Assembly: GCA_051294375.1 (NCBI GenBank)
Contig: CM119271.1
Span: forward strand, 14,762,770 to 14,826,769
Length of the DNA: 64,000 nucleotides
From: Paraspadella gotoi
Lineage: Eukaryota > Animalia > Chaetognatha
Reading direction: 5' to 3'
Position numbers and translations under genes: made by a program. The notes below the pieces were generated by a model that made no database searches, had not been told where the DNA came from, and saw only the letters and a program-made list of their open reading frames with translations. How positions within the stretch are numbered: the first letter of the stretch is position 1; the number at the start of each line of letters is the position of its first letter. This document shows, in pieces, positions 52,440 through 64,000 of the stretch.

Positions 52440-55400
52440 TTATTTCCAAGGAATCTGCAGTTGCTTGCTGAGAAGTTCGGCCTCGATCTCCCGAAAGTGA
52501 GAACCGTTCTCCGAGTCCACGGATCGCATTTGGTCCTGGCGAGGGAAGATAATTAGAAATAATGACCACTGACGAGCAATTAAAGAAATCAAATCATTAC
52601 ACTAAACAATTAACATTTACTAATTTTCGATTAATATCACCGACACAAAATTCCCTCCCTAACCTGCACGAGCATAATGTCCGCTTCCATCTTTCGCCGC
52701 AAGTGTCGCTGCATTTTGCTCAAGACGAGCGACTGTTCCTTCTGCCGTACGGTTTGCTCGTACTGTTCTCGGCTCAAAGCTTCCGTCAGCATCGAAAACT
52801 GGTCCCTGCACGGAGAGTAAGTATCATTGATAGCTAATCATTAATCATTAAAAATTATCAATCCTTTTCCTTTTTCCGAAAACTCGCCTGTAGTAGTTTT
52901 CCATGGACTCCAACTTGTCTCGCTGAGTCTTCAACTTTCTCTCTCTGACTTCGGCCGCCATCTTTCGGAAACTCCTCAACTGCTCCTGCTGCGCCTTGAC
53001 GGAATCGGCCAGCAGCCGCTTCAGCGTCAGCTCTTCCTCGGTGCGGGCTCGCAGCATCTTGGCCCGTTGGCTGACCACCATGTCGTCGTAGTACCTTTGG
53101 GATGAAGTGCGTTGAAGTATCGGATCGTACTAATCTAAAATCATGGTTGAATTTTGGCCCCTTACCTTTTGGCCCTCGCCGCCAAATGCCTTTTCTCCGC
53201 GTGCCGACTCTTCGCCTGCCTCTTTCTCCTCGTCTCCTCGACCCCCGCCTCCCTCCGCGCCTCCACGCGCGCCTCTTTCCGCGCCGCCTCGGCGACAAGA
53301 GCGTGCTTCCTGCGCGCCTCCCGCAGTTGACGCAATCCGGCGTCGCCTCTCGACGATCCGGCGGCGTCGAGGCGCCGGAGACTCTCGAGGCGCGATGTAG
53401 CTTGACGCCACATCCGGTGTAGGGCGTCGCGGGGTAGATGGAGGTGGGGAAATCGGAGGAGGAGGGAGTCGAGAAATTCAGCCTCGGAGTCCACGGAGTC
53501 ATCATCGCTTAACATCTCTCCTCTCTTCTCTCCCAATCTCCTCAACTTCTCTTCCTCCGACCTCTCTCCCTTCTCTCCCAATCTCCTCAACCTCTCTTCG
53601 TCCTCGCAACATCTATTCTCGTTCAATTCCTCGGCCATCTCCCTCTCGCCATTCTTAAATTTCCTCTCCGCCTCCTCCTCTTCCTCTTTCATCCTCTTTA
53701 TCTCCGTCAAGTATTTCCTCGTCCTCTTCTCCCCGTCCTCCCTCGCCTTCCTCGTCTTCGCCGCGATCTCTCCCCCTTTCTCCTTCAAGCGCCTCTCGTG
53801 GAGATTTTGAAGGACGAGACGTTGGATGCGCTCTTTGTTGCCTTAATAATAATAATATAATAATCAATATTATTACAATTAGTAATTATTATATTATTAA
53901 AACACCCCCGAGTTCACCTTCGGTCCATAATTGACGACTCATGCATTCCTGATCGCCGCCGCCTCCTTCGAATCGTCTCGTCGACGCGGTCGCCACGCCC
54001 CTTTGCCGACCCTGCTTCCGAGGCGGACTCATTAACCCTTCGCTCACGCCGGTTTCGCGTGCAGCGGCGCCGCTCGGTGACCGGCGGCGCCTAACTTCTT
54101 CGGACGATACGACGCCTCGTCCCGGACTGGCGCTACTCGTTCGACGCGGGCTGACGGCGCCGGACGATTCGCCTCTCCGCGGCGTCATCTTTTCACCGAC
54201 GGGAATCTCGCTCAGCTGAAGACGACATTCTCTCGGCGTCGTGACGCGGCGTTCCGATCGAAACCGGACGCGATGCGGAACCGAAGAAGAAGATGATTTT
54301 CCTTTGGCCAATTCCGAGGCGGATTTCGTCTTTCGAGTTTTTTCCGATTTTGTTTCGGCGCCGAGATTTAGAGGAAGTTTCGACGTGGAATCTTGTTTCC
54401 GACTGACGCCATCGCCAGTTTTCTTTTCTCCCTCGCTTCGCGATGCCTCAACGACTCTCCCAGCGCCGGGACCGCCGTCCGTCGAAAGAGCGGCGTCAAT
54501 CAATTTCGGCGCCGTCTCCGCCTCGTCCTCCTGTTCGACGAGCGCCTCTTTGATGATGTTCTGCAGATTCTCGTAAGATTTGAGAAGAGATCGAAGTTGC
54601 TTTAAGTGATCATTCTCTTCTTCTTCTTCTTTCGTCGCTCGATCAACGTTTTCTTTTTCCTCCTCATTTCCTTTGTCTCCTCCAATTTTTTCTTCTACTT
54701 TGTCTCCTTCTTCTCTCCTTCTTTTTCCCACATTTTGTCTTTTTTCTTCTTTCTCCTTTTCCTCTTCTTCTTCTCCTTCCTCCACCCTCCTTCCCTCCAT
54801 CCTCAACAGTTCCTCCACCTTCTCGCTCTCCTTGATCAAAACCTCCACGGATTCCGAACGCGACATGATTCTGTCGACGATAGATTCCGGACGCCGATGG
54901 ACGACCGACTCCTTTTGCAACGTCCGGTCCACCTCGGCGCTTTCTTTTTCTTCCTCTTCCTCTCCGTCCGCGACCAGCGTCGACTCTGACTCGTCCGCCT
55001 TGCCATCTCCACCTTCTGACCCACCACCCACTCCATCACCCGCTCCACCTCCCCGCCCCCCATCCTCCTCGCTCCACCTGGCCAACAACTTCCTCATCTC
55101 CTCTTGCGCCTTCATCGCCTTCGCGATTCCTTCGCGTCCCACGTCGCAGGACGCGTCGGCGGCGTCGGCGGCGGGTAGGCCGAGTCGCGCCGCCACCACT
55201 TCGCTTTCCTGAAGTATTTAAGTATAATAAACGTATACTTAATTGATAATTGGACTAAACTTTTAATTAGTTGAAATTTTAAAAAAAAGTATAATTACAT
55301 TTTAATCTAATACTCTTATAATAATAAGCAACGAGTTATAAACTAAAATCATTAAAACCTTACTTAATAATTTTAATATTTATAACTTACTTTTTAATTT

Positions 55401-57400
55401 TTAATAAAAACTTAAGACAGACTGACGGACCAAAAAGTTCCGAATTGAGTCGCGATCAAAAACTACAAAATCTGTCTCGAGCTCTTTTTTTTTTCACCTT
55501 GACTATTCCCGCCGTCGACGTTTCCTCCCCGCTGAGACTCCCAGTCGCGGACGCCGCAGCCGACGACGCAGAAGAGCTCTTCTCCGAACTCTGCCAGGAA
55601 CTCTGCGCCCGCGGCATCGGCAGGAGCGTCCCGGCGTTGACCTCCTTCCTCGGCGGCGCCTCTCCGCGCGCCAGAAACGCCGGGATGGCGTCGGCGTCGT
55701 CGATTACGGCGCCGGGGGCGGGAGGGGCGTCGTCGTCTGCCGCGGAGTCGTCAATTTTGCTGAGGATGAATTCGAGAAGACCGGAGAAGATCTCGAGGAG
55801 ATTCTTGACGGCGACGGGTTCCCCGCTGGCGATGGAGGATCCTGTCCGATTGGAAGGGAATATTAAAATAAGAGTTTTGTTCTGGCTTAATTTTACTTAA
55901 TATTAAAATAAGAGTTTTGTTCAGGCTTAATTTTACTTTCGTCGACTGAAAACTTTGTGACAAAAACCTTGTAAAACTAAGACAAGAACGGTAATTCCAA
56001 TGTGTTACGCCGCAGTGACTTTATTTTCACAATTCACGTGTATTTCCCTTTGATCACATGATATGAAAAGACATGACTAAACAATTGTTTTGTATTTATG
56101 ACATACACTGCATTAAAATTCCGTCTTTTATTCTTTTTAGGTTTAGGAGTTACTGAAGGTGGCGTTAGCAGTCCCTTAGATTTGAGGTTTTTTTGTCTTA
56201 ACAAATGAGCAACCAACTATCGGCAAATTATATGCTGAGGAGTGGTCTTTTCATACAATTAAAACATTCTTTGAAATATTATACCACTTCATTGATAGGG
56301 AAGCCAGGTTTACTGGGAGTGAATAAGGCTGTGAGAGAGTCTTGATTAAAAGCTTGCAGAAACCTGCTAAGTTATTATCGTGTAAGAGTGATGGAAGACT
56401 TAAACCACCAAAGCCTGTCCAAAGTCAGGGACAAGATAGCTTATTTATTAAATAAGTGGATAATTTTTATATTGGTTGTACCAATTTCATGCATTTTTAA
56501 CTGAGAGTAGAGAGTACTCGCGGTGCAACTAATAATTTTTTATTTTCTCGATACTTTTTATTGTTTGTATCCGGGTAAGAATGTGGCATAGGCACAAAAC
56601 TTAGGCACTAAAATAAACCGGCTTTGTCGAAACTTAACTTTGACCTTCTCATTCTAAATTAAATTAAGAAAAATATATAATCATTATAATTTAACCTTCG
56701 ACGTGACTCAACGAGGTGTGCAAAATGTCCATGGAGAGAGAATCGATGACGACCTGCGCGTTGTGCGCCCGATCCTCCAAATTCTTCGGCGAGCGAATCA
56801 CGTCCTGCAGCGCCTCGCCCGCCAACGCCTCATACACCTTAAAACAAGAAATGAGTGTCGTTGCGACAGCTACATCAGGGATTAGTTCCGCGGCGATTGA
56901 ACGCCGAAGCAAATATAAATACGAATGGTTTCTGATAGTACTAGCAACAATTTTGACATCAATTCCGATCATTTCCATACATCTTCGGGGTTAAAACCAT
57001 GAAATAAAAAGTCTCAAGTTGACGATTGAAAAAAAAAACGAGATTAATTATAAAAATTATTTCTTCTTCCGTTTTATAAGAGAGTCAGCTATAATTACTT
57101 CTACAGTTTAAATCAACATTAGTCAAAAATACTTATTTAATTTTTAAACTTACGATTAACTGGATTACTTTCACATAAAATTTTTTTTAAACACTGCAAT
57201 ATGCAAATTAGCTTAAGCTACTATTAAAATATCACCGTGACGAAAAAGTCGACGTCGATATCGGCAAAGCATCGAATGTCGCGATTCACGTGACACTGCG
57301 CCATGACGGCGTTGGCCAGCGAGACGAAGACGTCGTCGTTGAAGGAGGAAGAGAGTGAATCGCCGGAAGTGGGCGTGGCATCCTCAGTTTTCCCGCGCAT
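52440..57400 (-). CDS. CEP95: Centrosomal protein 95 (CCDC45)-like, 8 exons (57400-57236, 56837-56696, 55841-55498, 55208-53918, 53841-53166, 53094-52888, 52805-52664, 52535-52440)
   Basis: N-terminal LANAVMAQCH..AHNAQVVIDSLSMDILHTSLSHVE|G..VKNLLEIFSGLLEF and C-terminal SMENYYR|DQFSMLTEA..FREIEAE resemble vertebrate CEP95; phases are consistent. Confidence 0.85.
56239..56490. repeat. Dispersed repeat, long copy in CEP95 intron 2
   Basis: Collinear with 37-293 from GGAGTGGTCTTTTCATACAATT to CCAATTTCAT. Confidence 0.85.
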
Positions 57401-57959
57401 CGTTATAGTTATTTTAAAAAGAATGAAAAAAGATGGAAAGATTCTTGTCTGGTTCTTTCATGCTAAAAAAAAAGAAAAGACTTCCGTTAATTGAATGAGA
57501 ACACAAATGGAACAACGAAAAAATTTTCTGATGATTTTTTTTTTGGTGATAAAACTGGAAAATACTTTTTATGATATTTAAATGGAAGATGAAATGAGAC
57601 GAAAGTCTTAACAAAAATAAAACAACAAACACTAATAATAACAAAAGAGGAAAACTAATGAAATAAGATAACCAAGCTGAATAATTTGATGAACATTCGA
57701 CATACGACAGGTCTGCTGCCAGGAAAAAAAACAACTCTGTATTAAAATGAAAAATATTTAAATCCTATTAAAATAGGGAATATCGTATATTTAAAAAGGA
57801 AGACTACAAACGAATGAATGATAGAAAGGCTACTCAATAAAACCTAAACGATGGGTCGATGATATCCCGTGTGTGAGTTTGATAATTTCCTGATGGGATG
57901 TGAAAAAAAAACATCTCGTGGCATGCAAATAAAAATATGAGAGAGAGAGAGAGTCGAAA

Positions 57960-58859
<900 letters not shown>

Positions 58860-60106
58860 TCTTTGTTGTTATTGTTATCGTTTGAGAAAAAAAATCAATT
58901 CGGTTTTCCTTTATATAAAAATAAAAGCAAAAACATGCAAATACTTTGTATTAAGTATAAAGGTTATTTTTTATTATAAAATGACTTGGATAGGATCATC
59001 AGAGCCAACAATATTGCTGGGAAAATGTCACACATAGAAACTCTGTCCGAAAACGGCAAAAACCAGTTGACGTGAAATTTATATTTCTACTTTTTTATTT
59101 AATTCAATTGTTACTTTAAATGCAGTCAAAAATGACTGAGAGATTACAGTCAAATTAGCAATCAGATTACTATTCACAAATTCTTTTAAATGAGACAAAA
59201 CCATTTTTTTGCCTCTGCTGCGGTTATTAGGAATTAAGAACGAATAAAAAACATTATTCCGTTTCATTCCTGAATGCAAGAGTAGTATGTTTATGTTTAG
59301 TCATATCCTTGACTTAAATGAAATATTTTTGGATATTAAATAATTGAACATGATTAAACGAGAAAATTGAATGAGTATATAGATAATACCAAATTTTTTT
59401 GTTTCAAAAGTAAATTACACATAGTATAAAAATATTCATAACAGGTTATTTGATGTATATTACGATTTGCACATTCAAAAAAAATCCTAATTAAAACAAT
59501 AATTTTATGTAAATATGTGTATGTTTGGATGGAGCCTGAACAGTGAACAATGATCAATGAGTAATTGAGTATTGAGTAAACCAACATTTAGATAGATTAG
59601 TGTAAGGCGAGATATATAAGCGTCAAAATTAATAATTCATTTTCACAATTGTCTAAATATAAACGCCAAAAAATCTTCAAACAATTATACAGTAACAGTA
59701 TTTCACAAATGAAAACAATTTTCATGAGTTTACAATTCCTACCTGTAATCTTATTGCACACGTTTTATATTCAAACTTTTTACTCGGATTAATCAGATCA
59801 GATCATGAGAAAAACGAACCTTAAGTACACATCGACATCGTTATTTTAAATATCGTAATAAAAAGCTTTAATCAACAAACATATACATTATACATGTATA
59901 GATTCAATTTTAATTGAAAAAAGTATTGAGTCGTATAAAATACGTCGCCACACTGTCGGGTATTTATTTTCCAATGTAACAGAGTAACTTTTGTTTTATT
60001 TCAATTCAGTTTAAATTCAGATTGATTTAATTTTGTTTTAATTATGACTCTGCAACACCACTCCCTCTCGCCCGTCAAAAAAAAACCAAAAAAAAAACAA
60101 AACGCC

Positions 60107-62207
60107 TCATTCCTTCTGCTTCGTCAAAAAAGTCGCAAAAGCCGAAGCGTCGTTGGCGTTGACCGTCAAGCTCGTCGTCGCCGACTCTCCAGTCGCCGCT
60201 CCAGCCGCAGCCGACGCCGCGGCGGAATTCAGCTGACGAAATTCGACGGTCTCGTCTTCGTCTTCGTCGTCGTCATCCCCGCCGCTTCGGCCCAGCACGG
60301 GTTTGCTCTTGTGCGAGGGCGCGTAGAGGCAGAGCAGCAAAAAGGCGTAGACGTTCCACATTCCGTAGACGCCGGTGTAAAAGGCGGAAGTGTATTCGAT
60401 CGAAGGGCGTTCCTCGAAACGCCAACCGCCCTCGCTCACTTGGCTGAGGACGAAGAAGACGAGCGTGGAGGCGGCGCAGACGACGGTGGTCAACAGCGCC
60501 GCCTCGAATCTGTAGATGAGGCCATGGTAGTAGAGGCGCCGGGCGACGGAACGCATCGCGGGCAACTGGGCGCGTTTGCCGGAAACGCGCCGGACGACAC
60601 GAAAGACCATGTAGAGGAGGAAGAGGAAGTAGAAGACCGCGACGCAGGAGGTGAGAATGATGAAGACGTAGGCGGCCTTTTCAAGGGAAGGGCCGGGGGG
60701 GGGGGTTAAAGTAACATTTTGATGTATAGATGACAGATGACAACACGACTTTACTTAACCTATTTAATCAAAATATATTTTAAATTCAGTTCCAGTTGAT
60801 ATATTCAGTTTTATTCACTCATGAAAAAGGATCTTATTTTTTTTATTATAATTTTCCTAAAATTTTCAATTATATCTGATGATTAATGATTATATTTTAA
60901 GTGTATTAAAAATTACTACTATATCACATAAAAAAGAAAGGATTATCGCATCACATAAAATATTAAAATTTATTCAACTAACACTAATGTAATAACATCA
61001 ATCTTTTAAATTTTCATAAAAAAATTCTTTAGAAAAGCCCTCAAAACTGACCTGCGACCCAGAATGCGTTGACCAAATGGAAGAAAAAGGATTACTGAGC
61101 TGAACGCCTCTCTCACACATTTCAAAAATCAACATGGCGGCGGAAGCGACGCCGATCACGAGCAGGTGGCGCCAGTAGGTCAACATGTCGTGTTCCTTTT
61201 TCGTCCCCGTTTCGACGTAATGCTCTCCCAAGTAGATGACCCAAAAAGAAAGAAGCACCGCGTAGAAGATCCCCTGTCTAATGTCTGTGACCAAGAGATG
61301 CCAGGGCATGTCGAACCAAAGGGTGAACCATTCCAGCGGGAAGTTCAACTGCGTCGTGGCCAAACCGAGAGCGAGGATGGATTTCTCGAGGAAAGTGGCG
61401 GGACGCTGCTCCTGCTTCACGCGATTCCAGAACCAGACGACGCAGAGCAGCACCGAGGGAAAGACGACTGTTTTGAGAGAGACCCAGACTTTGGTGAACC
61501 CCGCCGTTTTGATTGATCACCGTCAGCCAAAGGTCCTTGAGGTGACCGATGCCCATGTTCTGTCCGGTCTTCTCGTGCACCGGGATCCTCACGTTGACGA
61601 GATAATAATCGTGATGACAGGAGCCGAGTTCGAAAAACGGAAGGAGCGAACAGTTGTAGTGATATCCGTCGATCCGATGCTCCTCGTCGATGGAGCACTC
61701 CAGCGGTCGCTCCACCGTTGCGGCGGCCAACTCCTTCCAGTCTCCGTCGTCGTCACCGGCGTCGCGATAGCCGAGTCTCGCGTCGAGCGTGATGACGGCG
61801 CCGGGTTTGTGTTCGAAGTCTCGTTTGTATTCGATCTCGGCCAACATGACGGAGATGAGATTTTGGAACCATCGAGAGTAACGGAGTTGAATCTTGGCTT
61901 TGGGTAGAGGGAGTTGAAAGGCGAACACGATCTGATTCGAGGATATGCGGAGGCGTTCGAGTTTCTCGTCCTCGAGGTCCGAAGCGCGTCCGCATTCGCC
62001 GCGTCCGCGCGAGTAGAACCAGTCGGATCGCTTCCGGTTGGAGCGATAGTCGAGGCACTTGGTCGCCAAGACGCTTTGCACGTTGGCCGGGTTGGGGGCG
62101 ATGAGGCCGCCGAGGAGGAAGCAGGTCAGTTGGACCAAGAGGAGGAAGAAGGCGAGAACGGAGAGCTTACGCGTAGAGAGATTCTCCAAAACTGTTCCGA
62201 AGGCCAT
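60107..62207 (-). CDS. WLS: Wntless (Evi/GPR177), 2 exons (62207-61052, 60676-60107); apparent 1-nt insertion at 61499-61502
   Basis: GTVLENLSTRKL, FELGSCHHDYYLVNVRIP, NQNGG/FTKVW, DIRQGIFYAVLLSFWVIYLGEH, CERGVQLSNPF and GVYGMWNVY..LYAPSHK. Confidence 0.95.
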
Positions 62208-63263
62208 AGCGGAAAATTTGTTGTTTCTTTTTAGTCTTTTGTTTAAGGCAAAGAATTAAAACAAAAAAGTTGTAAAAATCGAAGGCAGGGATGTGTAAGG
62301 ACTAGTAAATAAAGTTAAAACAATTTCTATTTAGAAATATGACCCCAAAAGACATAAAATAAACAAAACGAAGTGATTTGTGAGCGTTTTTCAACAGATG
62401 AAAAACCCCTTAAAGTATAAGTTTATTACGAGATGAACTATTAAGTTGTCATACTTTAGATATAAGGAAGGAACTTTTGATACAACCAAGAAGTTGAGTT
62501 CATCAATCTCATTTGCATATTGTCGTATTGACATTGACTTGTCATAAATTCTGTTCCTGTGTCATTTCATGTTCTCATTTCACGAATTCACTTTTGTCAT
62601 TAGTGTAGCTATTGATGATAGTAATTGATTAGAGAGTTTGGGACATTTATTAATAATAATTATCAATTAAACTAAATTATAAATATTCTTATTGGAACCC
62701 ACTCTTAGGTATTTCAATTATAGTTTAAAGCTTCAGGATGAATTCTATGCTTTGACTTGGAACAGAGTTGGCTTCCAATATGGCAGTCCCATCCTCTCTG
62801 GTCTTAGTTCTTACTTATTGGGTTAGGAATTATGTTAGAAGCATTATATATATGTTTATTAATAAAGACTCTTTCTTTCCTCCATAGGGTATCTATGCTT
62901 ATGACTTTACTTCCCTTAAGCTAGCTATATGCTTCAAGCATTCTACTACTGAACCACAGCAAGTTAGCATCTCTTATTTACAAGTTAATTGGTATGTTTA
63001 TTGGGAATACTACTAGAGCTAAGTTTACTGTTATTTTAGGACCAAATAGCTCGCTTACATAGATACAGTGATCCTGCATAAAAAAAAGGGAAAATAAATA
63101 AATGAATCAAATGTCATCGACGTAGACGACGACGACTTGAAAATTGATCAAGACGGTAAATTAGAAAATGGAGAATATCTCAATAAGAAAATATTCGAAT
63201 ATCTTTGAAAATAAGTCAATTGGATGTAGTAATAAAACTCTCGAAACGCGACGTCAACCCGCG

Positions 63264-64000
63264 TCACCATTCCGAGCTGAAGACTTTCTCGACGCTGCGG
63301 CGGAAACCCGAACTGAGGATGGCGCGACAAAGGATCTCGTTGAAGCGGCGCTCTCCGATTCCCAAGAGCGCCGGTTTAGGGGAAACTTGGACGTTTGCGG
63401 CCTTTGCTCGATCGAACGGTTCGTCAGCGACGCGAGGAGTTGGTTCTTCGCCTTTCGTCTCATCGATCGTCTCGTTCGCGCCTTCGATCCGATTCCTTCT
63501 CTCCTTTTCTTTCGTCTGAAAATCACTCAAAATCTCGACGTCGCTCAAATCGTCGACGTCGTAGTTTTTCTCTTTGTCTTCATTAAGTTTGTCAGCATCA
63601 GAGTCTTTATCGCAGTCGTCAATGATCTCTCGCACATTCTTCGCCAATTTTTCGTCGTCTTCATCCATGCTCTCTGGGCCTTCTTTCTTTTTCTCAATGC
63701 CATCTCCCTCGCCATCTCCCATTGCCTCCTCCCCATCATCCGACCACAAATCGTCGAGGCTTTCCAATCGCGAAGCCCCCTTCTTCTCCACGCTCGATCC
63801 TCTTTTCGCATAAAACTGTGGATCCTTCAACAACGGCTTCTCCATCAGACTGCGGATGCTGTCTTCGGTGAGAAGGGGACTGTAGATGACGGCTTTTCCT
63901 TTGTCGATGTCCTTTTGTTTGGGATCGATCTTCAAACTCAGCTCTCGATCTATGTCGACGTCGTTCGGAATTTCATCGTCGTCGTCGTCGTCGAATAAAT
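63264..64000 (-). CDS. 3' part of an unidentified acidic protein; runs off the right edge
   Basis: Minus-strand frame is open from the window edge (..LFDDDDDDEIPNDVDIDRELSLKIDPK..) to TGA at 63264, with exon-like composition. Confidence 0.6.
   Translation of the reverse strand, partial: LFDDDDDDEIPNDVDIDRELSLKIDPKQKDIDKGKAVIYSPLLTEDSIRSLMEKPLLKDPQFYAKRGSSVEKKGASRLESLDDLWSDDGEEAMGDGEGDGIEKKKEGPESMDEDDEKLAKNVREIIDDCDKDSDADKLNEDKEKNYDVDDLSDVEILSDFQTKEKERRNRIEGANETIDETKGEEPTPRVADEPFDRAKAANVQVSPKPALLGIGERRFNEILCRAILSSGFRRSVEKVFSSEW

Noticed and set aside
62690-63070. Possible decayed retroelement fragment upstream of WLS
   Set aside because: Composition differs from its flanks, but there is no intact ORF or diagnostic motif to support a call.

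Overview
Compact invertebrate metazoan nuclear DNA with GC/CpG-rich exons and AT-rich introns and spacers; the taxon cannot be fixed from sequence alone. I reconstruct 19 protein-coding genes: ATMIN, SLC33A1, Hippo/STK3-4, an unknown coiled-coil gene, MSL3, SRSF2, SERCA, a Piccolo/Fife/Clarinet-like active-zone gene, four tandem paralogues of an unrecognised MADS-like family, EIPR1/TSSC1, Shark/HTK16, cytochrome b5, CEP95, HP1, Wntless and a truncated unknown gene. All 19 lie on the minus strand, head to tail, mostly 0.2-1.3 kb apart. Many have an orphan polypyrimidine-AG upstream of the ATG, which suggests a long unidirectional, possibly polycistronic and trans-spliced, gene array. Other highlights are an in-frame TAG inside the ~5 kb first coding block of the Piccolo-like gene, single-base frameshifts in Wntless and EIPR1, a recurrent intronic motif ATTTGCATATTGCAG, a perfect MITE, a HINE-like element and a dispersed repeat with one fixed end. 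Exon boundaries were read by hand from GT/GC-AG signals, phase and remembered homologue sequences; no database searches were run.
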